A stretch of 64,000 nucleotides of DNA. Source: Gammaproteobacteria bacterium (lineage in GTDB: Bacteria > Pseudomonadota > Gammaproteobacteria > CBDBNL01 > JAAOII01). Shown piece by piece: positions 41,198 through 51,278 of the stretch. Where the stretch lies: NCBI GenBank assembly GCA_965209035.1, contig OZ242372.1, positions 1,568,001 to 1,632,000 of the forward strand. The letters are read 5' to 3'. The position numbers were made by a program, and so were the translations under genes. Each line of letters starts with the position of its first letter. Position 1 is the first letter of the stretch. The notes under the pieces are model-generated. The model saw only the letters and a list, made by a program, of their open reading frames with translations, was not told the origin of the DNA and ran no database searches.

Positions 41198-42636
41198 GAG
41201 GATATGGAATGACTGTCCGGTTACTGATAGGTACTTTTTTTGCTCTTTTGGCGGGGCCGGTGTTTGCCGTTACCGAAGAGCGGTTACCCGAAGATCTGAC
41301 ACACCATCCGCTCGCTATCGCGACTTTGTTTTTGTTTTGTATTGCCTATTTTCTGGTGATACTGGAAGAATGGACCAAGATGCGCAAGTCCAAACCGATG
41401 CTACTTTGCGCCGGTATCATTTGGGCAATCATTGCTTGGATTTACTCCGGCACGCATGCCGCCGATATTGTCGGCGAACATTTTCGCGAACATCTGCTGG
41501 ATTACGCCGAGTTACTGCTCTTTTTGTTGGTTGCTATGACCTATATCAGCGCAATGGAAGAGCGGCGTCTTTTTCTCGCCCTTAAGGCCTGGTTGATCGA
41601 GCGGAAGTTCAGTTTGCGCGGCCTGTTTTGGATGACGGGTATTCTTTCGTTTATCATTTCCCCTTTTGCCGATAATCTGACCACAGCCATTTTGATGTGC
41701 AGTGTGGTGATGGCGGTTGGCGACGGTAATAAAAAGTTTGTTGGTATCGCTTGTGCCAATATCGTGGTGGCGGCAAATGCCGGCGGGGCATTTAGCCCGT
41801 TTGGTGATATCACCACTCTGATGGTATGGCAATCCGGCAAGGTGGGCTTCACCGAATTTTTTGTTTTGTTCTTCCCGTCTTTGTTGAACTTTCTTGTGCC
41901 GGCGGCGATCATGCATTTCTTTGTTGAAAAAGGGATGCCGGGCGCGAAACCGGAAAAAGTGGAAATTAAGCGCGGCGGTTTTCGTATCGTGGGCTTGTTT
42001 GCCTTGACAGTCCTGACATCCGTGGTGTTTTATACCTGGTTTGATTTGCCCCCGGCCGCGGGGATGATGATGGGCTTGAGTTATCTGCAATTTTTTGGCT
42101 ACTTTTTGCGCAAAACTTTGCCGCGCTCGATTGCCAGAAAGGCCGCCAAAGCACATGTGAGTCCGGATGAGTTTGTCCGCATGGGGAATGTCGTCCCGTT
42201 TGATGTGTTTAACCGGGTGGCACACGCCGAATGGGACACGCTGATTTTTTTCTACGGAGTGGTGATGTGTATCGGCGGTTTGAGTTTTATGGGTTACTTG
42301 GAACTTCTTTCAATCAATACCTATATCGCATTCGGTCCGACAATTGCCAACTCCTTGATAGGCGTTTTTTCCGCCGTATTGGATAACATCCCGCTGATGT
42401 TTGCCGTTCTCCAGATGGACCCGGATATGGAACACGGGCAATGGCTGTTGGTTACTCTGACCGCAGGTGTCGGTGGCAGTCTGCTGGCAACCGGCTCCGC
42501 CGCCGGCGTCGCCCTGCTGGGGCATGCGCGCGGTCAATACACTTTTATGTCCCATTTGAAGTGGGCTCCCGCCATTGCCGTGGGCTATATCGTTTCTATT
42601 TGGGCCCACCTTTGGCTAAACAGCGGTATGATGTAA
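41194..42636 (+). CDS. nhaD: Na+/H+ antiporter NhaD
   Basis: EE..MRKSKP, DYAELLLFLLVAMTYI, ADNLTTA, SPFGDITTLMVW, DNIP, GGSLLATGSAAGV. Confidence 0.93.
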   Translation: MRGYGMTVRLLIGTFFALLAGPVFAVTEERLPEDLTHHPLAIATLFLFCIAYFLVILEEWTKMRKSKPMLLCAGIIWAIIAWIYSGTHAADIVGEHFREHLLDYAELLLFLLVAMTYISAMEERRLFLALKAWLIERKFSLRGLFWMTGILSFIISPFADNLTTAILMCSVVMAVGDGNKKFVGIACANIVVAANAGGAFSPFGDITTLMVWQSGKVGFTEFFVLFFPSLLNFLVPAAIMHFFVEKGMPGAKPEKVEIKRGGFRIVGLFALTVLTSVVFYTWFDLPPAAGMMMGLSYLQFFGYFLRKTLPRSIARKAAKAHVSPDEFVRMGNVVPFDVFNRVAHAEWDTLIFFYGVVMCIGGLSFMGYLELLSINTYIAFGPTIANSLIGVFSAVLDNIPLMFAVLQMDPDMEHGQWLLVTLTAGVGGSLLATGSAAGVALLGHARGQYTFMSHLKWAPAIAVGYIVSIWAHLWLNSGMM

Positions 42637-42650
42637 TCCCGGGGCGGGGG
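42606..42650 (+). repeat. 45-bp direct repeat, left copy (nhaD 3' end)
   Basis: Identical to 48246-48290; weaker similarity continues for ~45 bp. Confidence 0.9.
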
Positions 42651-42884
42651 CAAGATTGCCGGGCTTCGGCGGTTTGTGTCAATTAAGGTTGGGATATTTT
42701 AATCGCACTTTCTGTTGTTATATTGAGGGCTATGGCACCGGAACACTCCGATTCAGTTCGGCCAAAAATACAAGGAACTCGAGGCCGGGCGGGGTGATAC
42801 AATATAATCCTGCATGATCATAGTATTTCAGTGGAATGGTCATAAAATGTTGAATATCCTTAGAAATGAGTATAAAAATCAATT

Positions 42885-43907
42885 GTGAATAAGAGTATTG
42901 TTGGTGTTGATCTTTTTTGCGGAATCGGTGGCTTAACAAATGGTCTTCAATCGGCCGGGATTGATGTGCGCGCGGGCTTTGATCTGGATGAGTCCTGCAG
43001 ATTTGCATACGAAAAAAATAACCGTGCCAAGTTTCATTATGAAGATGTAACAACTCTTAACCCTAAGAAGATTACAGATCATTTTGCGGGTGCGAAGTAT
43101 ACCCTTTTAGCCGGTTGTGCTCCGTGTCAGCCTTTTTCTCACTACAAAAAAAATAAAATAAAAGAAACCGCGGATCATCGCTGGAATCTGTTGGGATATT
43201 TTTCTCGTTTGGTTCGTCAAACCAAGCCGACAGTGATTAGTATGGAGAATGTTCCCGGCTGCCGGCACCATCCGGTTTACGCAAGTTTTCTGCAAGACTT
43301 GAAAGAGTTGGGTTATGAAATAGGATATGCGGGTATTGTTAATTGCGGCGATTACGGAATACCGCAAAACCGTAAACGGTTGGTTGTGCTTGCTTCCAAA
43401 AAGGGGATGATTAAGTTTCTCCCTCCCAAAGTTCCCGGTAAAACTGTCAGAGAGGCAATTTATGCTTATCAAGATAAGGATCGCAACGATGATCCGGTTC
43501 ATCGCGCGCTTTTGTTGTCAGCGAAGAACTTGGAACGTATTAAGCAATCCGAACCGGGCGGAAGTTGGAAGTCTTGGAATCCGGCATTGGTATCTCCGTG
43601 TCACGGTGAACGGGGTCATAGTTATACTTCTTCCTATGGGAGAATGCGCTGGGATGCTCCCGCTCCGACCATCACCACACAGTTTTGTTACTATGGTTGC
43701 GGTCGCTTCGGACATCCCGAAAGAAACCGCACAATTACAATAAGAGAAGCCGCATTGCTACAATCGTTCTCACAGGATTATGTTTTTTGTGAGGGAAATG
43801 AAAGTGTGCCAAATATTCGTGTGCTCGCACGCCAAATCGGAAATGCGGTCCCGCCCGTATTGGGAAAGATAATAGGAAATTCCGTTAAGCAACATCTTAT
43901 TCATTAA
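42885..43907 (+). CDS. DNA (cytosine-5)-methyltransferase
   Basis: DLFCGIGG, GCAPCQPFS, MENVPG, QNRKR, REAALLQSF, QIGNAVPP. Confidence 0.95.
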   Translation: MNKSIVGVDLFCGIGGLTNGLQSAGIDVRAGFDLDESCRFAYEKNNRAKFHYEDVTTLNPKKITDHFAGAKYTLLAGCAPCQPFSHYKKNKIKETADHRWNLLGYFSRLVRQTKPTVISMENVPGCRHHPVYASFLQDLKELGYEIGYAGIVNCGDYGIPQNRKRLVVLASKKGMIKFLPPKVPGKTVREAIYAYQDKDRNDDPVHRALLLSAKNLERIKQSEPGGSWKSWNPALVSPCHGERGHSYTSSYGRMRWDAPAPTITTQFCYYGCGRFGHPERNRTITIREAALLQSFSQDYVFCEGNESVPNIRVLARQIGNAVPPVLGKIIGNSVKQHLIH

Positions 43908-45279
43908 TGATTCATTCATTCATTAAGGTTTCGTTAGGGCTAGGTAAAAGGTAATGAATCACAATTCTTACAGAATGCGTTTAAGTTTGAGTATCTTGGA
44001 GCATTTGGGATTAAATCTTTATAGCAATTTACCTGCGGTCATAGCCGAAACTGTTGCCAATGCTTGGGATGCGGATGCAACCAAAGTATTGGTTGAAATT
44101 TCCAAGAATTCAAATGGCGAACAAATAGTTACCATAACGGATGACGGCATAGGGATGACAGTGGACGATGCAAACGACAAATTTTTGGTGGTTGGCTATC
44201 AGCGCCGTAAGCAGGAGCCGGTCACTCAAAAAGGGCGGGACCCTATGGGCCGCAAGGGAATTGGGAAACTATCGCTCTTTTCTATTGCCGAAGAAATAGA
44301 AGTACATAGCCGTAAAGGTAATGAGCAACAAGCATTCTTGTTAGAACATCGTGCCATAAAGGAAGCAATTGAAAACGATAAAAACAACGACGCTATTTAC
44401 GAACCCAAGAGCATAGACTTTAGATCGTTTGGTTACCCGCAAGGAACGAGAATTGTGATTCGCAAACTCAAAAAACGAGTTAACTTGAAGACTGCTTCAT
44501 TTTTACGGAAAAGAATTGCCCGGCGTTTTGGCATTTCTTGTATTAATGATATGGAAATATGGGTCAAGGATGCACAGTCTAACGAGAAAGTCAGTATTAA
44601 TGACAGGGAGTATTTTAAGAAACTGGAACTTATGTTGCTGTATGGAGATGATGATTATAAAAAGTATCGCAATACCGATATTGAAACAGAAGAGCGAGAA
44701 AATCAAGTAATTGTTACGGAAGGAGAAAAAGAGACACAGTATGAAGTGCGGGGCTGGATAGGTTTTGCCAAAGAAACCCCGGATCTGACGGTTGACGGTG
44801 AGAGCATTAATAAGATCTCTATTATGACACGCAACAAATTGGGGTTGGAAGATTTTTTACCGGAAGTCGCCAAGTCATCAAGTAACTATACCAAGTATCT
44901 TATCGGTGAAATCTACGCCGATTTTTTGGATATGGATGAAGAGGAAGATATAGCTACTTCCAGCAGGCAAAATTTTATTGAGGATGATCCGCGTTTTCAA
45001 TCTCTAAAAAAATTTCTTATCGCAGAAATCCGGCATGCCGGAACCAAATGGAATCAAATGAGGAGTAACAAGGGCATGGCGGATGCCACTTCATTAATAC
45101 CGCCCCTTAAAGAATGGTATGACAAATTGCCGAAAGATATGCAAGAATTTACAAAGGGTTTTTTTGGAGACATCAATTCATCCGCAGTGGAAGGAGAACA
45201 AAAAAATCAGATGTACGCTAATGCCGTTTTTGCGATTGAATACTATCAAGCAAAGAGAATGCTTACGGCACTCAAAAAG

Positions 45280-45438
45280 TTAGATGTTAACTCGATTCAA
45301 AACTTTTTAAGTATTACAAGAGAATATGACAAATTGGAAGAAGCATCCTATTATCGGATTATTGAAGACAGACTTGAAATTATAAGAAAAATACAACAGG
45401 CTATCGAAGAACAAGCCAAGGAGGATGTTTTTCGCGAT
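45280..45438 (+). repeat. 159-bp target-site duplication, left copy (right copy 47410-47568)
   Basis: Identical TTAGATGTTAAC...TTCGCGAT immediately outside both IRs. Confidence 0.93.
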
Positions 45439-47409
45439 CTTGACTTCGGAAAGAAATTTTTAGATTTTTAAAAACTCTTGTATTTATAAGGGTTTTTTAG
45501 AGTTTTTACAGGGTATAATTATAGGGTATATTATGCGTATCCGTGAAATTACCCGAAAAAAGGGACAGGTTCTGTCCGTGGTGTTTTGTTTTCAGCCATC
45601 CGGCAGCAAAAACGCAACGAATATGACCCTCTATACCAGCCCGGCGGTCAAAGCCGGTAGTGCGGCGTATGATACGGTGCGTGCTGATGTTGAGCAACGG
45701 CGCGTGCGTTTGGAGAAGGAGTTCAAACAAAGCGAGTCGGTGAATGTGTTTTTGGCACAGCATCAAAAGTTTGTCGGTTGTGGTCGTGGCCATGCAAAAC
45801 GGCAAAGTACGCGCGCAGACAATGCGGGTGCCACACTATTTGTTCAGGCTCTGGGTGCGCGCAGTTACGGTCTGCCCTATGTCATGGAGAAATTATTTGC
45901 GGTCATGGGCTTGGATGCGTTGGTGGCACCGCGGCGCCAACGGCTGAATGCCTGTTTGCGGGTGCTCAGTTGGGGGCGTCTGACGGCCGAACGGATTAGT
46001 AAACGGCAATTGTCGCAGCTGTTGGAAGAAGAATATGGGATCCGCTGGTCTGAGGACAGCATGTATAAAGCGATGGATCATTTGGATGATGCCGCGATTG
46101 AGCGCATTCAGATGCGGGTGGCACGTTCCAACTTGGCATTGCTCAACCAAAAGACGGTGCAGCTGTTGCTGTATGACACGACGACCTTTTACTTTGAATC
46201 GGTGCAGGCCGATGACTTCCGCTGCAGGGGTTGGTCCAAAGACGGCAAAGCCCATCGGACGCAAGTGGTCTTTGGGATGTGGATGACGCCTTGTGGCTTG
46301 CCGTTGGGCTACAAACTATTTACCGGCAATACGGCGGATGTGTCGACCTTGTTGCCGGCTTTGGACGAGATGCAGCAGCGGCTGGGGGCCCAAAAGACGG
46401 TGGTGATTGCTGACAACGGCCTCCTCAGTGAAGACAACTTGGCGGCGATTACCGCGGCCGGGCATGAGTTTGTCATGGCCTGTTCGCCACGCAAGTTACC
46501 CAAAGAGATCCGCACGGCGGTCTACAGCTTTGATTTTGAAGGCGGGGCCCGTATCTTTGAGCTCGGCTTGCTACCGCGGGCGCGCAGCCCACGTGCCGAC
46601 GATGACCGGCGCACCGTGGCACGCAATTATTATGCCAACTTATCCTTCAAGCGCGCCCGCCGCGATCTCCATCAGCTGGATCTGGCCTTGAAGCGGGCCC
46701 AAAACAGTACCGGCGGCAACCGCCAAGCCCTGCAGGGGATTACCAATCCCGATATCCGTAAGTTCTTATCCAACAACGGCATCACCACACTGAACACCGC
46801 CGCCATCAAGCAGGCGATGCAAGAAATCGGTCTCTATGGCGTGCAGGCCTCGCCCAATATTGACTACCAAACCGCCTACACTTACTACAAACAACTGTAT
46901 GCCATTGAACACGGCTTCCGGGATCTTAAAAGTGATCTGCAAATCCGCCCGACCTTCCATTGGAAACCCGAGCGCATCCGCGCCCATTTCGCCCTCTGCT
47001 ATCTGGCGTTTGCCGCCATCCGCCGCTTGCGGTATGTCCTCCGCCAACAAAAGCCCGCACCCACCACCGTGTGGACCACCGAAATGCTGCCGTTCACCGA
47101 TCTAGATGCCCGACCGCAGCCGCCGCAAAAAAACAAGACCGAGGAAATCGTCACCACCAAGAAGATCCTCAAAGAACTGCGCAACTTCAAAGCAACTATC
47201 CAACGCGATCCCATCGGCAACTATTACCACAACCCGCACCCACTCACCCCGGGACAGCAACGCATTTTACAAGCCGTGCAACTAAAACCCAAACAACCCG
47301 CTTTGTTCAATAACCGGCACTAAGGGGCAAGGCAAAGGCTGGCAGGGTATAAAAACGGCCCGCAAACCCTTATAAAATCAAGGTTTTTTAAGAAGTTTCC
47401 GAAGTCAAG
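45439..47409 (+). mobile_element. IS1634-family insertion sequence (1971 bp)
   Basis: 14-bp terminal IR CTTGACTTCGGAAA plus subterminal TTTATAAGGGTTT box; long TSD typical of IS1634/IS1549. Confidence 0.92.
45533..47323 (+). CDS. IS1634-family DDE transposase
   Basis: LYDTTTFYFES, RGWSKDGK, GNTADVSTL, VIADNG, YAIEHGFRDLKSDLQIRPTFHW..ERIRAH. Confidence 0.93.
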   Translation: MRIREITRKKGQVLSVVFCFQPSGSKNATNMTLYTSPAVKAGSAAYDTVRADVEQRRVRLEKEFKQSESVNVFLAQHQKFVGCGRGHAKRQSTRADNAGATLFVQALGARSYGLPYVMEKLFAVMGLDALVAPRRQRLNACLRVLSWGRLTAERISKRQLSQLLEEEYGIRWSEDSMYKAMDHLDDAAIERIQMRVARSNLALLNQKTVQLLLYDTTTFYFESVQADDFRCRGWSKDGKAHRTQVVFGMWMTPCGLPLGYKLFTGNTADVSTLLPALDEMQQRLGAQKTVVIADNGLLSEDNLAAITAAGHEFVMACSPRKLPKEIRTAVYSFDFEGGARIFELGLLPRARSPRADDDRRTVARNYYANLSFKRARRDLHQLDLALKRAQNSTGGNRQALQGITNPDIRKFLSNNGITTLNTAAIKQAMQEIGLYGVQASPNIDYQTAYTYYKQLYAIEHGFRDLKSDLQIRPTFHWKPERIRAHFALCYLAFAAIRRLRYVLRQQKPAPTTVWTTEMLPFTDLDARPQPPQKNKTEEIVTTKKILKELRNFKATIQRDPIGNYYHNPHPLTPGQQRILQAVQLKPKQPALFNNRH

Positions 47410-48245
47410 TTAGATGTTAACTCGATTCAAAACTTTTTAAGTATTACAAGAGAATATGACAAATTGGAAGAAGCATCCTATTATCGGATTATTGAAGACA
47501 GACTTGAAATTATAAGAAAAATACAACAGGCTATCGAAGAACAAGCCAAGGAGGATGTTTTTCGCGATTATTTGTTTAAGCATCTGTGGCTCTTGGATCC
47601 CACCTGGGACAGGACAACAGCGGATTCTCACAAAGAGAGGACGCTGAATACAATAATTGGAAAAATAGATAATAGATCGAACAAAGGATCAAGCAATAGA
47701 ATAGATATTAAATACCGGAAGGCACCCGGAACACATGTGATTGTGGAATTAAAACGTTACTCCGCTTCGGTGTCTAAGACAGACTTGGAATCGCAAATAA
47801 CAAAATATATGAAAGAGTTTGGCAATTATCTCAAGAGTACACACACGGATCAAAAAGACCGAATGTTAGAGGGAATTTGTGTGATTGGAAAAATGGATTG
47901 GGGAGAACCGGAGGAGATCAGACGAGAATTGGAGTCTCTGAAAGTCAAAAATATTAAGGTATTTACATATGATGATTTAATCCAACAGACAGAGGCAATT
48001 TATAGTGATTTTCTTACCAAAGAAAAAGAACATAATGAAATTAACAAGTTACTACGACAGATTTTCGAATATACTAAGAGCGATTAAGAGAAATAAGTTC
48101 GGGTTATGATTGAGAATTTTCGCATAGTTAACATCCGTATCCATACTACAAAGTTTTGATTTTTCAGCAAGAACAAGAGGTTCCCAATGTCTTCCTAATG
48201 TCTCAAGAAATGAATGATCAGAAGTTAGGCGAGTATCTCTGCCCT

Positions 48246-48290
48246 CCACCTTTGGCTAAACAGCGGTATGATGTAATCCCGGGGCGGGGG
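48246..48290 (+). repeat. 45-bp direct repeat, right copy
   Basis: Identical to 42606-42650. Confidence 0.9.
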
Positions 48291-48450
48291 TGGGTCGCCG
48301 GGATCGGCAGTTTATGCCAAGCGGTTGGGGTAATACAACATTATTTTGCATAATTCCGATTATTATGTGTATAATAAAGAAAGTTCGAATGTTTTAAATA
48401 TTTTGAACATCGGGCTAATTAGATATATTTTTATATAAGAAACTAAAATT

Positions 48451-49662
48451 ATGAAAAAACTTTACTTACTTTTAGTGTCCGTTTTGTTGACCGCACAGCT
48501 CACCGCAGGTGAACTGGTCATTAATGCGGACACATCGGACCCGGATCCGAAAAAAGCGTTTCAAACTTTAATTGCGAAGTTTGAAAAAGCACATCCGGAT
48601 GTGACCGTTAAATCCAATATTTATGATCACGAAGCCTATAAAACGACGATCCGTAACTGGTTGGTGACCGAACCGCCGGATGTGGTTTATTGGTATGCGG
48701 GTAATCGGATGAAGCAATTTGTTAATCTCGGATTGCTGGAAGATGTCTCGGATATCTGGGCCGCCAATGATCTGGAAAACAAGATGCCCGGTGCGGCCGC
48801 TTCCATGACCTTGAACGGTAAAAAGTGGGGTGTTCCCTATACTTTTTATAACTGGGGTATCTATTATCGCAAGGACATTTTTGACAAACACGGCATCGGC
48901 GAACCCAAGACCTGGGAAGACTTCTTAGAAGCCTGTGCAACGCTTAAGAAGAACGGAGTGACTCCCATCACCATCGGCACCAAGTATCTTTGGACCGCCG
49001 GCGGTTGGTTTGATTATCTGAACATGCGCGTTAACGGGTATGATTTTCATATCGATCTGATGGACGGTAAGATCCCTTACACGGACAAACGTGTTAAGGA
49101 TACCTTCAAACACTGGGCACAATTGATTGAGCCCGGCTACTTCCTGGAAAACCATGCCTCTTATTCTTGGCAAGAAGCACAACCTTTCATGTATCGCGGC
49201 GAAGCGGCGATGTATCTGATTGGTAACTTCATTACACCGCAGTTCCCTGCGGATGTGAAATCCAAGATGAGTTTCTTTCAATTTCCGGTCATTAAACCGG
49301 GATTGGCATTGGGTGAAGACGCCCCCACCGATACAATCCACATACCCGCCAAAGCCAAGAACAAAGCGGATGCCAGAAAATTTTTGGCATATGCGGCAAG
49401 AGCGGATGTACAGACGGAAATTAATGGCATTTTGTTACAACTGCCTACCAATAAAGATGCCCGGCCTGTCGATGATCCGTTTTTGAACAAGGCACAGGCA
49501 ATGCTTGCCAAATCCAAGACCGCCCAGTTTTACGACCGGGATACGGATCCGGATATGGCAAAAGAAGGGATGAAAGGCTTTCAAGAGTTTATGGTTAAGC
49601 CTGAACGACTGGACAGTATCCTTAAAAGGTTGGAAAGAAAACGCAAACGGGTTTTCGAATAA
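48451..49662 (+). CDS. Carbohydrate ABC transporter substrate-binding protein
   Basis: Signal peptide; PPDVVYW, GLLEDVS, IYYRKDIF, PKTWEDF SBP_bac_1-type motifs. Confidence 0.9.
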   Translation: MKKLYLLLVSVLLTAQLTAGELVINADTSDPDPKKAFQTLIAKFEKAHPDVTVKSNIYDHEAYKTTIRNWLVTEPPDVVYWYAGNRMKQFVNLGLLEDVSDIWAANDLENKMPGAAASMTLNGKKWGVPYTFYNWGIYYRKDIFDKHGIGEPKTWEDFLEACATLKKNGVTPITIGTKYLWTAGGWFDYLNMRVNGYDFHIDLMDGKIPYTDKRVKDTFKHWAQLIEPGYFLENHASYSWQEAQPFMYRGEAAMYLIGNFITPQFPADVKSKMSFFQFPVIKPGLALGEDAPTDTIHIPAKAKNKADARKFLAYAARADVQTEINGILLQLPTNKDARPVDDPFLNKAQAMLAKSKTAQFYDRDTDPDMAKEGMKGFQEFMVKPERLDSILKRLERKRKRVFE

Positions 49663-49682
49663 GGACTTTTTAACTCTCACCG

Positions 49683-49736
49683 GACGGGTCTTTTAGACCC
49701 GTCTTTTTTTAAGCGACCTTTCGGGTCGCTTTTTTT
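49683..49736 (+). terminator. Two tandem intrinsic terminators
   Basis: GACGGGTCT-TTT-AGACCCGTC + T7, then AAGCGACC-TTTCG-GGTCGCTT + T run. Confidence 0.88.
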
Positions 49737-49936
49737 ATGCGTTTGAAATGTGAACTGATACCGATTTGGGCCCGGTTTTTGATTTTTGGTTTTTGCTTTT
49801 TGATGACGGATTGTTTGGAACTTTCAAACTTACAAACCCCCAAGCTTCCGGTTTGGTTTGAGAATTTCGTGTTGTAGCCGCCTTGAATTAGGCGGAGGTT
49901 AGCCGGGGGTTAGTTTGAGCTTTTGGGGTTACGACA

Positions 49937-51253
49937 TTATGCCGCGAAACTTGGCAACCATTCTTTGTGCGCGTCCAACAGTTCGTCGGTCATTCGGCAG
50001 ATCTCCTCGGGATTTAACTCGGCCGCCGTATGCGGATCCAACAAGGCGGCATGATAAATATGCTCGCGCTTGTTTGCCAGGGATGCCGCCACGGTTAACT
50101 CCTGCACATTGATATTGGTTTGCATCAATGCGGTTAACTGCGGCGGAATCTTGCCAACCTTTTGCGGGTGAATTCCCTGTTTGTCGACCCGACAAACCAT
50201 CTCCGCGCAGCAACTTTCGGGAAGCCCCTCAATGAGTGGCCCGCGGTTTGGGACATTGCCGTGAATTTCTGTGGCATGATCCAGTTCAATTCCTTTGAGA
50301 ATATCGACCGCATATTCCACACTGCGTTTGAGTTCAAACTTGTGTTCCGGGTCCTCCAATCCCTTCCGCATCTTGTCCCAATCGGCGGATTGTGTTTCGC
50401 AGCGTTCAATATACTCGTCCAACGGAATAGAAAATTCTTTGATGAGTTGCGGCTGCTGTCGCTTGATGAACCAGGGCACATATTCCGCAAAATGCTCGCT
50501 GGATTCGGTGACAAAGTAGCCAAGGTGTCGCATCACTTCATAGCGAATACGATTCGTGGGCGGATACTTTTTTTCTTCGGCAATTTGATGCAACCGCGGA
50601 TAGAGAGATACTTTTTTGCCTTCGCTCATGTGTTCCAAGGTCAGAAAAAATGCCATATGATTAATGCCGGCACAAGTGAATTGGATCTCCCCGGGCGGAA
50701 TGTTTAAATCTTTGGCAAGATCCAAAATCGTATAGCGGACACTGTGGCACAGCCCGACGGTTTTCAACTGCGGGAAGCGGCGTGCCAATGCCATTTGCAA
50801 CATGCACATGGGATTGACATAATTGAGTAGCAGGGCGTCCGGGCAGTATTTTTCAATATCCGCCGCCAGGTCCAGTATGACCGGGATGCTGCGCAGTCCG
50901 CGCATGATGCCGCCTATGCCGAGCGTATCGGCGATGGTCTGTCGCAGGCCGTATTTCTTGGGAATTTCAAAATCCGTGACGGTGCAGGGCTTGTAGCCGC
51001 CGACTTGCATCATGGTGATTACATAGTTTGTGTCTTGCAGTGCATTTTTTCGTTCCGTATGCGCGGTGATGTGAGTGGGTAAGTTTAACTGCCGCACAAG
51101 GTTTTTTGCCATCTTCTCGGAAGTGGCGAGTCGGGTGGCGTCTATGTCATACAGGCTGAAATGCGTGTCGGCAAACTCCGGGACCTGTAGGATGTCTGTC
51201 AGCAGGTTGCGGGCAAATATTGAACTGCCCGCACCGACAAAGCAAATTTTCAC
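49937..51253 (-). CDS. melA: Family 4 glycoside hydrolase, alpha-galactosidase
   Basis: KICFVGAGS, QTIADTLGIGG, NYVNPM, GLCHSV, GINHM, TESSEHFAEY. Confidence 0.92.
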   Translation of the reverse strand: MKICFVGAGSSIFARNLLTDILQVPEFADTHFSLYDIDATRLATSEKMAKNLVRQLNLPTHITAHTERKNALQDTNYVITMMQVGGYKPCTVTDFEIPKKYGLRQTIADTLGIGGIMRGLRSIPVILDLAADIEKYCPDALLLNYVNPMCMLQMALARRFPQLKTVGLCHSVRYTILDLAKDLNIPPGEIQFTCAGINHMAFFLTLEHMSEGKKVSLYPRLHQIAEEKKYPPTNRIRYEVMRHLGYFVTESSEHFAEYVPWFIKRQQPQLIKEFSIPLDEYIERCETQSADWDKMRKGLEDPEHKFELKRSVEYAVDILKGIELDHATEIHGNVPNRGPLIEGLPESCCAEMVCRVDKQGIHPQKVGKIPPQLTALMQTNINVQELTVAASLANKREHIYHAALLDPHTAAELNPEEICRMTDELLDAHKEWLPSFAA

Positions 51254-51278
51254 CGGGGGCCTGTCCGGTCGTGTCTAA

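Larger units (their letters stand above)
43954..48087 (+). pseudogene. GHKL (MORC/HSP90-like) ATPase + PD-(D/E)xK nuclease restriction component, interrupted by an IS1634-family element
   Basis: ETVANAWDADA, DDGIGM, GRKGIGKLS, GTRI; C-terminal RIDI...IVELKR; 43954-45438 + 47569-48087 rejoin in frame (667 aa). Confidence 0.88.

Noticed and set aside
48052-48249. Vsr endonuclease remnant (LETLGRHWEPLVLAE)
   Set aside because: Resemblance too weak; no FxHGCFWH motif.
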